Shown piece after piece: positions 32,413 through 41,453 of a stretch of DNA of 64,000 nt. The notes under the pieces are model-generated. The model did not search any database, had not been told where the DNA came from, and saw nothing but the letters and a program-made list of their open reading frames with translations. The stretch's first letter is position 1. Every line of letters starts with the position of its first letter. The position numbers and the translations under genes were made by a program. The DNA is from an uncultured bacterium (GTDB lineage Bacteria; Desulfobacterota_D; UBA1144; Nemesobacterales; UBA2774), in the NCBI GenBank assembly GCA_963825135.1, contig CAWGRW010000009.1:672001-736000 (forward strand), given 5' to 3'.

Positions 32413-33570
32413 CTAGCCCTTTGGAATTGTTTTACCGGATTCAGATGATTTTAAGATATTAACCGCGCTTTGAAGCTGCTTATCCTGGTCCTTGGGATTC
32501 TCGACAATAATATCCGGCGTCACTCCCACCTTGTTTATCGACCTGCCGCTCGGAGCATAGAATTTGGCTGTCGTGAGCTTGAGCCCCGAACCGTCTTCGA
32601 GCTTTATGATGGTTTGCACGGACCCTTTACCGAACGTCTTTGTGCCGAGTATCACGGCCCGCTTGCTGTCCTGGAGCGCCTCCGCGACCACCTCCGATGC
32701 GCTCGCGCTGCCTTCGTTTACAAGCACGACGACCGGGAAAGTCTGAAAGCTCCCGTTCTTTGTAGCGTAGTATTCCCTTGTCTGGTCCTGGGTCCGTCCT
32801 TTGACGCTCACAATCAGGCCTGTGTCGATAAACTCATCGACTATGTCTATCGCCTCTGTCAGAAGACCCCCGGGGTTGTTCCTGAGATCGAGTATCAACC
32901 CCCTGAGCTCCTTCCCGTTCTTCGCTTCGAGCCCGGCAATGGCCTGCCTTAGCTCATCGGAAGAATGGTCCTGAAACTGTGCCAGCCTTATATACCCGAT
33001 CCCGTTATCAAGGAGCTCGGATTTGACGCTTTTTACGACTATCTTGTCCCTTATGAGGGTTACGACTCTGGGTTCCGGCTCCCCTTCCCTCCTGATCGTA
33101 ATTTTTACAGCGGTCCCGCTGGGGCCCCTCAGGAGCTGGACCGCCTCCTGAACCACCATGCCCTGTGTGGATTTCCCCTCGATCTCGATTATCTGGTCCC
33201 TCGGCTTGATACCCGCTTTTTCGGCAGGGCTGCCCTCTATGGGCGTAATGACGGTGAGGAACCCGTTTTCTTCCGAGACCTCCATTCCGACGCCGCCGAA
33301 TTCCCCGGACGTGCCTATCTCGAGCTCTCTGTACCGCTCCGGGCTCAGATAGGTCGAGTATGGATCGAGGGTCTTGAGCATACCGTCGATCGCGCTTGTC
33401 GTAAGCTTCTCGGAATCGACCTCTTCGACATAATTCCTCTCGACGATATCGAGGACCCTCGTGAAGTTGGAGAGCCCCTCGTATGTGGCATCGTCCGCAC
33501 CCGCTCGATAGGAACCCGGGACACTCAGAATTAAAAACAGATATAAGATAATAACCCTTTTCATTTTCAC
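32413..33570 (-). CDS. ctpA: carboxyl-terminal processing protease (S41A)
   Basis: LDPYS, PDZ domain, LDLRNNPGGLL, SASASE, FGKGSVQ. Confidence 0.95.
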   Translation of the reverse strand: MKMKRVIILYLFLILSVPGSYRAGADDATYEGLSNFTRVLDIVERNYVEEVDSEKLTTSAIDGMLKTLDPYSTYLSPERYRELEIGTSGEFGGVGMEVSEENGFLTVITPIEGSPAEKAGIKPRDQIIEIEGKSTQGMVVQEAVQLLRGPSGTAVKITIRREGEPEPRVVTLIRDKIVVKSVKSELLDNGIGYIRLAQFQDHSSDELRQAIAGLEAKNGKELRGLILDLRNNPGGLLTEAIDIVDEFIDTGLIVSVKGRTQDQTREYYATKNGSFQTFPVVVLVNEGSASASEVVAEALQDSKRAVILGTKTFGKGSVQTIIKLEDGSGLKLTTAKFYAPSGRSINKVGVTPDIIVENPKDQDKQLQSAVNILKSSESGKTIPKG

Positions 33571-34034
33571 TGTTAAGCTACCTCTCTAATAGAGATTAAC
33601 CAAACATGCCCGAATCGGCAACCCGAAATACTGTGTTATTACAGCCGCGCGGCATGAATCGGCGGAACGGAAGGGGGGGACGTATAAGATATTAATAGGA
33701 TTTCCGGACGCTTATTCGGTTGTCGATAGACACTCGCCTGCGGATTGACACGCTCCCGCAGTGATAAGCATACCCGGACAACCGGCTCGAAACCGGGCCG
33801 GCTCTACATTTAATGTTCAGTATTACGACGAAGAGGAGCGTTCTAACTTGCCGTATACATTCACAACACGCAGCATGAAACGACCGCCGCAGGGGGCACG
33901 CGGCCTCTATTGTCATATGCAGGACGGCTTCGATAAAGGCACGTCTTTTAATCCGCTCGGGCCTGGTCGGCTGATACAGGGAATTTGAAGAGTCCCCAAG
34001 ATTGATATAAATTAATCCGGGGGAGGCAGACTTA

Positions 34035-34265
34035 ATGCTAGAGATGGTATCCACGGTTCTAAGCAGATTCATACAAAGCTATACCTCTGTAGTCCTTCAG
34101 CTTTCAAAGGATTGGTTCTTTCCGTTCAAGATACTTTTCGTCCCCCTCTCTTTCTTTATCTATTGTCTGACATTCCTCGTGATCGCGGCAGTGCTGCTGA
34201 TAGTAGTGATGATCGTATTCCCGCTGTCCTTCTTCTCCAAACTGGTGTTCAGGCTGCAGGTCTAG
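34035..34265 (+). CDS. small hydrophobic membrane protein (76 aa)
   Basis: GGGGAGG SD; long hydrophobic stretch; co-oriented upstream of uppS. Confidence 0.6.
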   Translation: MLEMVSTVLSRFIQSYTSVVLQLSKDWFFPFKILFVPLSFFIYCLTFLVIAAVLLIVVMIVFPLSFFSKLVFRLQV

Positions 34266-34335
34266 CCCGGTTTACTATTCCGCGAACCGGTGATAACTTT
34301 TTTAAAGATAGTGAGGTGATATACTTAATAAGTTT

Positions 34336-35088
34336 ATGAAGGGGAAACTGGAATCATTCATAGACAAAGACAAGCTTCCCGCGCACATCGCTATAATAAT
34401 GGATGGGAACGGAAGGTGGGCGAAGAATAAGAACCTCGACCGGATCAGCGGGCACAGAGAGGGCATGAAATCCGTCCGGGCCGTCGTCACCGCGGCCAAA
34501 GAGCTCGGCATCGGGCATGTGACGCTTTACGCATTCTCGGCGCAGAACTGGAAAAGACCGAAAAACGAAGTCGATGCCCTGATGGAGCTGCTGAAGCACT
34601 ATCTTCTCAACGAGCGCGGCAAATTGATAGAGAACGGTATCAAACTCAACGCCATAGGCAGGCTCCGGGATCTCCCGCAATCCGTATCCGATGTGCTCGG
34701 GGAAACGACGGAGATGACGAAAGGCGGCCGGGAGATGACCCTCACTCTCGCTCTCAGCTACGGCGGGAGGGAAGAGATTGTCGACGCCGTTAAAAAAATC
34801 CTCGCCGGGGACAGGATATCTCCCGAATCGATAGACCAATCGAATTTCTCTCAATTTCTCTACACGAGCGACATGCCCGAGCCCGACCTGTTGATACGCA
34901 CAAGCGGCGAAATGAGGCTCTCCAATTTCATGCTCTGGCAGATCGCCTACGCGGAGATCTACGTCACGAGGACGCTCTGGCCCAATTTCAGAAAGAGACA
35001 CCTCGTGAAAGCCATACTCAATTACCAGAACCGGGAACGGAGATTCGGGCTTACCGGGGAGCAGATAAAAAAAAGGGAAGCCATTTGA
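34336..35088 (+). CDS. uppS: undecaprenyl diphosphate synthase
   Basis: HIAIIMDGNGRWA, YAFS..NW.RP, YGGR.EI, IRTSGE.RLSNF.LWQ, RRFG. Confidence 0.97.
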   Translation: MKGKLESFIDKDKLPAHIAIIMDGNGRWAKNKNLDRISGHREGMKSVRAVVTAAKELGIGHVTLYAFSAQNWKRPKNEVDALMELLKHYLLNERGKLIENGIKLNAIGRLRDLPQSVSDVLGETTEMTKGGREMTLTLALSYGGREEIVDAVKKILAGDRISPESIDQSNFSQFLYTSDMPEPDLLIRTSGEMRLSNFMLWQIAYAEIYVTRTLWPNFRKRHLVKAILNYQNRERRFGLTGEQIKKREAI

Positions 35089-36245
35089 AAAACATTTCCA
35101 TCCTCGGCTCCACGGGCTCCATCGGGAAGCAGACCCTGGATGTAATATCGCAGTACCCGGAGAGATTCAGGGTCCTGGGTCTTTCGGCGGGCGAGAACGT
35201 CGTGCTCCTCGCGGAGCAGGTACGTAAATTCAGACCGGAAGCGGTATCGGTCAGGGACGCCGGGCTCGCGGACGCGCTTCGGGCGATAATAAGAGATACG
35301 GGTACAGAAATCCTGTACGGCACGGACGGGGCCGGCGAAATCGCGTCGCTTGACGGTAACGACCTGGTGGTATCGGCCATGGTGGGGGCGTCAGGCCTCC
35401 TGCCCACATTATCGGCGGTCATGGCGGGGAAGGACGTGGCGCTCGCGAATAAGGAATCGCTGGTAATAGCGGGAGAGATACTGACCGGCGAGGCGGAAAA
35501 AAACGGGGTCAGGATAATTCCGGTCGACAGCGAGCACAGCGCTATATTCCAGGCGCTCGAAACGTGCGGGAAGGAATACGCCAGACGGCTCATCATTACC
35601 GCCTCAGGGGGGCCGTTCTTAAACACGCCCGAAGAAGAGCTCCGGGACGTTACGGTGGAGGGTGCGCTAAACCATCCGACGTGGAAGATGGGGGACAAGA
35701 TAACCATCGATTCGGCTACACTAATGAACAAAGGATTCGAGGTAATCGAGGCCAAATGGCTTTTCGGGTTCGAACCGGAGCGTATTTCCGTCTGGATTCA
35801 CCCGCAGAGCATAGTGCACTCTATGGTAGAATATATAGACGGGTCTCTCATATCGCAGATGAGCGTTCCCGACATGAGGATACCTATCGCTTACGCGCTT
35901 TCCTATCCGGAGAGAATCCCGGTGAACGGGCACAGGGTGATGCCGGAGAGCTTCAGGGAGCTGACCTTCAGGGACGTCGATACGGAGAAATTTCCGTCGA
36001 TCTCGCTCGCGTTCGGCGCTCTTAAGGAAGGAGGCACCCTGCCCGCGGTAATGAACGGCGCAAACGAGGTCGCGGTAAGGGCTTTCCTGGCGAGGGAGAT
36101 CGGCTTCACCGATATTGTAAGAATCGTGGAAAAGGTAATGAGCCTTCACGAGACCGTGTCCGCTCGTTCGCTCGAATCAGTCCTCGAAAGCGACGCCTGG
36201 GCAAGGGATAAAGCCCGCACACTAATAAGAAATCGGGAGAATTGA
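35085..36245 (+). CDS. dxr: 1-deoxy-D-xylulose-5-phosphate reductoisomerase
   Basis: LGSTGSIG, LANKES, PVDSEHSAIFQ, TASGGPF, HPTW.MG.KITIDSA. Confidence 0.97.
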   Translation: MKNISILGSTGSIGKQTLDVISQYPERFRVLGLSAGENVVLLAEQVRKFRPEAVSVRDAGLADALRAIIRDTGTEILYGTDGAGEIASLDGNDLVVSAMVGASGLLPTLSAVMAGKDVALANKESLVIAGEILTGEAEKNGVRIIPVDSEHSAIFQALETCGKEYARRLIITASGGPFLNTPEEELRDVTVEGALNHPTWKMGDKITIDSATLMNKGFEVIEAKWLFGFEPERISVWIHPQSIVHSMVEYIDGSLISQMSVPDMRIPIAYALSYPERIPVNGHRVMPESFRELTFRDVDTEKFPSISLAFGALKEGGTLPAVMNGANEVAVRAFLAREIGFTDIVRIVEKVMSLHETVSARSLESVLESDAWARDKARTLIRNREN

Positions 36246-36248
36246 GAA

Positions 36249-37847
36249 ATGACGGCAATCATAGCTTTTATTTTCGTAATAGGGATATTGGTATTCATAC
36301 ACGAGCTGGGGCATTTTCTCCTGGCCAAGTGGAGCGGAGTGAGGGTGGAAAAGTTTTCCCTCGGCTTCGGAAAAAAAATATTCGGCGTCAGGAAGGGCGA
36401 GACCGAATATCTGCTCTGCGCGCTTCCCCTGGGCGGCTACGTAAAGATGTACGGCGAAGGCTCGGAGGGGAATTTCATCGTGGACAAGGTTGACCCGGGC
36501 TCGGACGCCGACAGGGCCGGATTCAGAGCGGGGGACAGGATCGTAAGCATCGAAGGGATCGAGCTGACCTCATTTCCGCGCTGGAAACAGCTTGAGGCTT
36601 CTTTGGAGAAAGAGCCCGCAAAGGATTATCAGTTTGTCCTTGAAAGGGACGATAAAAAGATAGATGTTGCGGCAAAGGCGGGGAGCCTCGAAGGCGCGGA
36701 CACGTATTCGGAAAAGGAATATCCGAGGGGCTTTTCGAACCAGCCCCTCTTAAACAGGCTCCTGATAGTAGTGGCGGGCCCTTTCATGAACTTCCTCCTC
36801 CCGTTCTTTTTCCTGCCCATCGTTTACATGATAGGCATCTCCGTGCCGGCGTATCTCGAACAGGCGCCCGTCATCGGATACATTAAGCCCGGCTCCCTGG
36901 CCGAGGAAGCCGGTTTCATGAAGGGCGACAAGATACTGGAGATCGAAGGAACGGAGGTATCCGACTGGAAGGACGTGAATATCGAGCTCCAGACAAACCC
37001 CGACGCCCTCCTCAATATCGAAGTAGACAGGGGCGGGGTGAGGAAGGACATTCCGGTAAAGGCGCAGGCTTCGTCCGAAGGGATGGTCGCGATCGGGTTC
37101 GGCGAGCCCATCAAGGCGCGGGTCGGGACCGTAGTAGCCGGCACCCCGGCGGAGAAAGCGGACCTGCAAAAGGGCGATGAAATACTGGAAGTGAACGGAG
37201 CCAGGATACAGGATTGGGACCACATGGCTTCGATCGTGAAAGAGAATTCGGGCAAGGAAGTAACGCTCCTGATAAAACGGCAGGGCAAAGAGATGACAAA
37301 GCTCATAACCCCGGAGACCTCGGTCGAGACTGGGAAAGGGGCGATCGGAATCTCCCCGTATCAGGATGAGATCGTAAAAAAATACGGATTCTTCCAGGCC
37401 ATTGTTAACGGGGTGAAAGAGGCCGCGAACATGATAGCTGAGGTCGTGGTGCTCCTGTTCGGCTTCCTTTATAAGCTGGTCACGGGCAAGATCGCGTTAG
37501 GCACCGCGGGAAAGAGTCTCGCGGGCCCGATACTCATAGCGAAGGTCTCCGGGGCGGCCGCGGAAAACGGCATAGCGCAGCTCCTTCAGTTCACGTGCTT
37601 TATAAGCATTAACCTCGCGGTTATAAACCTTTTCCCGATCCCTATGCTGGACGGAGGCCACGTCCTGTATTTGATAATAGAGAGCATCAAGAAGAAGCCG
37701 CTCAGCCAGAGGACGCTCGAGATAAGCCAGAAGATCGGATTGACGATACTTATATTCATTATGTTCGTTGCGATCTATAACGACCTCTCGAGAGTGAAAG
37801 GGGATATACTCAACTCGCTTAGCCGTCTCGTCGATGTCGTAAAATAA
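36249..37847 (+). CDS. rseP: site-2 intramembrane zinc metalloprotease RseP with three PDZ-like domains
   Basis: HELGH, GFG, PLGGYVKM, AGPFMN, NLFPIPMLDGGH. Confidence 0.95.
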   Translation: MTAIIAFIFVIGILVFIHELGHFLLAKWSGVRVEKFSLGFGKKIFGVRKGETEYLLCALPLGGYVKMYGEGSEGNFIVDKVDPGSDADRAGFRAGDRIVSIEGIELTSFPRWKQLEASLEKEPAKDYQFVLERDDKKIDVAAKAGSLEGADTYSEKEYPRGFSNQPLLNRLLIVVAGPFMNFLLPFFFLPIVYMIGISVPAYLEQAPVIGYIKPGSLAEEAGFMKGDKILEIEGTEVSDWKDVNIELQTNPDALLNIEVDRGGVRKDIPVKAQASSEGMVAIGFGEPIKARVGTVVAGTPAEKADLQKGDEILEVNGARIQDWDHMASIVKENSGKEVTLLIKRQGKEMTKLITPETSVETGKGAIGISPYQDEIVKKYGFFQAIVNGVKEAANMIAEVVVLLFGFLYKLVTGKIALGTAGKSLAGPILIAKVSGAAAENGIAQLLQFTCFISINLAVINLFPIPMLDGGHVLYLIIESIKKKPLSQRTLEISQKIGLTILIFIMFVAIYNDLSRVKGDILNSLSRLVDVVK

Positions 37848-37935
37848 TCGCCCGGGGAGCCGGATAGGGAATATAATTCCACCGGAGGGGTGCACGGCGG
37901 CATAACGAACCGGCTCCGAGCATGCGCTTTCTCAA

Positions 37936-38856
37936 ATGAGCTTCCTTAAACTGGGCAAGGACAACTGGGCGAGGACGAGCCCTACGAAGGAAGGGCTGAC
38001 CTTCATCGCCCTTAGCCTCTTCGTCGGTTTCGCCGCCATTAACACCGGGAACAACCTCCTCTATCTGACTTTCGGAATCATGATGAGCTTCGTCGCGGCC
38101 TCGGGGATACTCTCGATGATCAACCTCGCGAGGATCGAGGTCAGAATCGACCCCCCCGGAGACGTTTTCGCGCTCACCCCGGCGACGCTTAAGTTCTCGC
38201 TCACTAACGGCAAATCCCTCATCCCCTCATACTCGCTTAACGTCGAATTCGACGAAAAGAAAGCCTACGTCCCTTACCTATCTTCAAAACACCCGGTTAC
38301 CGCCTCGCTGACATACAATTTCAAGGTGAGGGGATGGAACAGGATTCCGGAAGCCAGGCTCTCGACCAGGTTCCCTTTCGGTTTCTTCAGGAAATGGATT
38401 AGGTTAGACCTGGGGGAGGACGAAATTCTGGTATTCCCGAAAATAGATGCAATAGACGCCGGGCATGAATCCTTTAAGGAAGGGCCGGGGGACGGAGGCT
38501 CCGAGAAAACCGGGTTCGGACATGACCTGAGGTCGCTCAGGGAATTCCAGGAGGGCGACAACCCGAGACTTATACACTGGAAAACGACCGCCAAAACGGG
38601 GAGGCTCATGGTAAGGGAAATGGAGGGAGAGGAGATACGGGGAGCGGTTGTCGAATTCCGCCCCGAAAGGGACAGAACGAGGCTCGAACACCAGATAAGC
38701 CGTCTGGCGTCGCTTCTCGTGGAGTTGTTTAAGCTCGGTTTCGAGGTCGAGTTCAAAGCCCCTGATCGTACTTTCCATAGCTCCAGGACAGGAAGGTCTC
38801 CGCGGCCGCTGCTGAGGTACCTGGCATTATTCGGACTTCCGGAAAAAGCCGCATAG
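37936..38856 (+). CDS. DUF58 domain membrane protein
   Basis: AAINTGNNLLY, T.FPFGFF.K, LREFQEGDNPRLIHWKTTAK. Confidence 0.88.
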   Translation: MSFLKLGKDNWARTSPTKEGLTFIALSLFVGFAAINTGNNLLYLTFGIMMSFVAASGILSMINLARIEVRIDPPGDVFALTPATLKFSLTNGKSLIPSYSLNVEFDEKKAYVPYLSSKHPVTASLTYNFKVRGWNRIPEARLSTRFPFGFFRKWIRLDLGEDEILVFPKIDAIDAGHESFKEGPGDGGSEKTGFGHDLRSLREFQEGDNPRLIHWKTTAKTGRLMVREMEGEEIRGAVVEFRPERDRTRLEHQISRLASLLVELFKLGFEVEFKAPDRTFHSSRTGRSPRPLLRYLALFGLPEKAA

Positions 38857-38953
38857 GAAGATGATAACCGTCCCGCCCGGCTATGATTCTCATTCCGCTT
38901 TTACGGCGGCGACATCAGAGGGACATTCCCTCTATTTTCAGGTATAAATTCAT

Positions 38954-39391
38954 ATGCCGTCTGATTCCGACAAAGACCTCATACTCGAAGTGAACGAAAG
39001 GTTCTACAGGGCCCTCGGCGCAAGAGACCTTGAGCTCATGGACACTGTGTTCGTCCACGACGAGAGGGCCGGCTGCACTCATCCGGGCTGGGTAATGCTC
39101 AGGGGATGGGAAGCCATAAGACAGAGCTGGGAGAACGTCTTTGACCCCGAAGACAGGCTCGGCATAAAGCTCCACAATATCACCGTCGACATCAAAGGGG
39201 ACGCCGCGTACGTTACCTGCATTCAGGAGCTGACCTACATCAGGCGTGACCCCGTAATGATGAACGTCTCCATATCGACGAATATTTTTGAAAAAACCGC
39301 AGCGGGCTGGCTGATGGTAATCCACCACGCTTCGCCCGTGCCTTTTGTCACGGAAGAAAAAGCGGAAAAAGAAGAAGATAATTTGCAGTAG
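38954..39391 (+). CDS. SnoaL/NTF2-like domain protein
   Basis: N.RFY.A....D...M, C.HPGW..L.GW..IR.SW, TNIF.....W.M..HHASP. Confidence 0.88.
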   Translation: MPSDSDKDLILEVNERFYRALGARDLELMDTVFVHDERAGCTHPGWVMLRGWEAIRQSWENVFDPEDRLGIKLHNITVDIKGDAAYVTCIQELTYIRRDPVMMNVSISTNIFEKTAAGWLMVIHHASPVPFVTEEKAEKEEDNLQ

Positions 39392-39418
39392 GGGTCCTGA
39401 AAAAATCCGTTTCCGGAT

Positions 39419-40165
39419 TCACGAATCCCCGTTGTGGTTGAAGTGGAGTCCGCACTCCTTGTCGGAATCGTTTTCCCACCACCAGCGCCCCGCCCTCTCG
39501 TCTTCCCCGGGTTTCACGGCGCGCGTGCAGGGGGCGCAGCCTATGCTCGGGTAGCCCATGTCGTGGAGCTTGTTGTAGGGGACGCTGCGCTCCTTTATGT
39601 AATCCCACACCTGCTTGCTCGTCCAGTCAACTAACGGATTTATCTTTAATATGCCGCCGTTGAGCTCGTCTATCTCGAACATTTTGGCCTCGGCCCTCGT
39701 CTCCAGCTGGTCCCGCCTTATGGATGTGATCCAGCCGTCCATACCGGAGAGGTAGCGTTTGAGCGGTCTGACTTTTCTGATTTCGCAGCAGAGTCTCCTG
39801 TTTTCCTTCCCTTTATAAAACAAGTTAACCCCGTGCTCGAGCACCATTTCCTCGACCTCGGACTTCTCCGGGAACACGACCTCTATCCGTGCCCCGTATC
39901 TTTTTCTGACCTCGTCCATGACGTCGTAGGTCTCCTGGTTGAGCCTGCCCGTATCGAGCGTAAATATCCTCGCGTCCCGGTTTAACGTCAGGAGCATATC
40001 TATGAGCACCATCCCCTGGGCCTGAAAGCTCGAAGCGAGCGCCACCCTAGGGTGTAGATTATCGAACGACCATTTAAGAATTTCTTCAGCCCCCCTGTCC
40101 TCGAACCTGACGTTCAGGTCCCTGACCTCGTCCGGGGTGAACATTCGTTTATGGCCGTCTTTCAC
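39419..40165 (-). CDS. cysH: adenylylsulfate (APS)/phosphoadenylylsulfate reductase, [4Fe-4S] type
   Basis: LDTGRL, CCEIRKV, SIGCAPCT, RAGRWWWE, KECGLH; the CC...CxxC motif marks the APS-reductase type. Confidence 0.95.
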   Translation of the reverse strand: MKDGHKRMFTPDEVRDLNVRFEDRGAEEILKWSFDNLHPRVALASSFQAQGMVLIDMLLTLNRDARIFTLDTGRLNQETYDVMDEVRKRYGARIEVVFPEKSEVEEMVLEHGVNLFYKGKENRRLCCEIRKVRPLKRYLSGMDGWITSIRRDQLETRAEAKMFEIDELNGGILKINPLVDWTSKQVWDYIKERSVPYNKLHDMGYPSIGCAPCTRAVKPGEDERAGRWWWENDSDKECGLHFNHNGDS

Positions 40166-40248
40166 TCGCGATTTTTTACCGGCAGATCCTGATAAGCTGA
40201 TTTTTAATCACCTCTCCTATTTTGATGTCCCCATTCCTATTATATATG

Positions 40249-41262
40249 TTAATGACCGAAATTCCTGCTTATCATGGCCGCGACATCGTATCTGAAATAA
40301 AGGGAAGACAGGAAATACCCCATAGCCACGGCAATAAACGGTATGACAAACCAGAAGAACGCTATCCTCACTACGTGGCGGTTCTGGGCGGTGGCCGAGA
40401 ACCCCTGCTGAGCCAGGGAAAACCCTATTATACCGGACGTGACTATCTCCGCTAAGGACACAGGTACGCCGAAGAGCGAGGCAACGAGGATTATCGCGGC
40501 CCCAGTAAATTCAACCGAGATCGCCCTCAGTATGCAGATCTCCGTAATTTCCTTCCCGACGCTCTCAAGCACCCTCCCCCCGAAAAGCATTGCCCCGACA
40601 CCCATCGCCACGCCGGCCATGACGGCCCCCACGTTGGCGTTCATGAGCCCGAGGCCTACAAGAGGGCCGACCGAGTTGGCCGAATTGTTGGCCCCCGCGG
40701 AAAAAGCAACAAATACGCCTGAGATAGTTATCAGAATTGAGAGTATTCTATTTATACCCCCTTCCGAATACCGGGCGGTCAGAAACTGCAACGTTTTTAA
40801 ATATAGATACCTTGCAATGAGGTAATTCACCGCTAACGCCACGAGAGGCGTTATCACCCACCAGACTACTATCTCGAAAAATTTTTCGCTGTTGAGCGAT
40901 TTCGAATAAAGTCCGACCCCCACTATCGCGCAGACTATCGCGTGTGTCGTGGCCACGGGAACACGGGATATATTCGCCCAGGAAATGAAAATAATCGCGA
41001 TAATGAAGATGATTATGACGAGCCCTATGTGGGTCGAGAATATAGTGCCGGGCACGAGGCCGTTCCCGAGGGTCTTGATTACGGGCGTGCCCGCCAGAAG
41101 CGCTCCCAGGACCGCGAATATTGCGATCATCGCGGTCGCTTCCCTTTTAGTTCTCACCCCCGCGCCGTAAGCCGTGGCCATCGAAGCCGCCGAATTGTTA
41201 GCGCCTATGTTGAGCGCAAGAAATGCGGACAGAGCAATAGCTATAGGAAGGACGAAATCCAA
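40249..41262 (-). CDS. PiT (PHO4) family anion permease, probable CysP-like sulfate transporter
   Basis: Duplicated GANN motifs (GANNSAASM, GANNSANSVG), PV.TTH, PVSL; context next to cysH. Confidence 0.85.
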   Translation of the reverse strand: MDFVLPIAIALSAFLALNIGANNSAASMATAYGAGVRTKREATAMIAIFAVLGALLAGTPVIKTLGNGLVPGTIFSTHIGLVIIIFIIAIIFISWANISRVPVATTHAIVCAIVGVGLYSKSLNSEKFFEIVVWWVITPLVALAVNYLIARYLYLKTLQFLTARYSEGGINRILSILITISGVFVAFSAGANNSANSVGPLVGLGLMNANVGAVMAGVAMGVGAMLFGGRVLESVGKEITEICILRAISVEFTGAAIILVASLFGVPVSLAEIVTSGIIGFSLAQQGFSATAQNRHVVRIAFFWFVIPFIAVAMGYFLSSLYFRYDVAAMISRNFGH

Positions 41263-41322
41263 AGAGCAGTCTCCGTATGAATTAGCAGCTTATGATTTTG
41301 ATTACCGAATCTGATAAATTGA

Positions 41323-41338
41323 TGCAAATTGGGTGCCA
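41323..41338 (-). promoter_or_regulatory. sigma54 promoter for the PiT-cysH operon
   Basis: Minus strand TGGCACCCAATTTGCA, a perfect TGGCAC-N5-TTGCA. Confidence 0.85.
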
Positions 41339-41453
41339 TGATAAATAATTGTGTGATTAAGGGCAATATCTCCAGCCTGTCCACCCGTCATCTTGATTAT
41401 TGAGTAATCACTCCGTATATTTTTGTTACAATCACAAAGGGGATGTTTTAACC

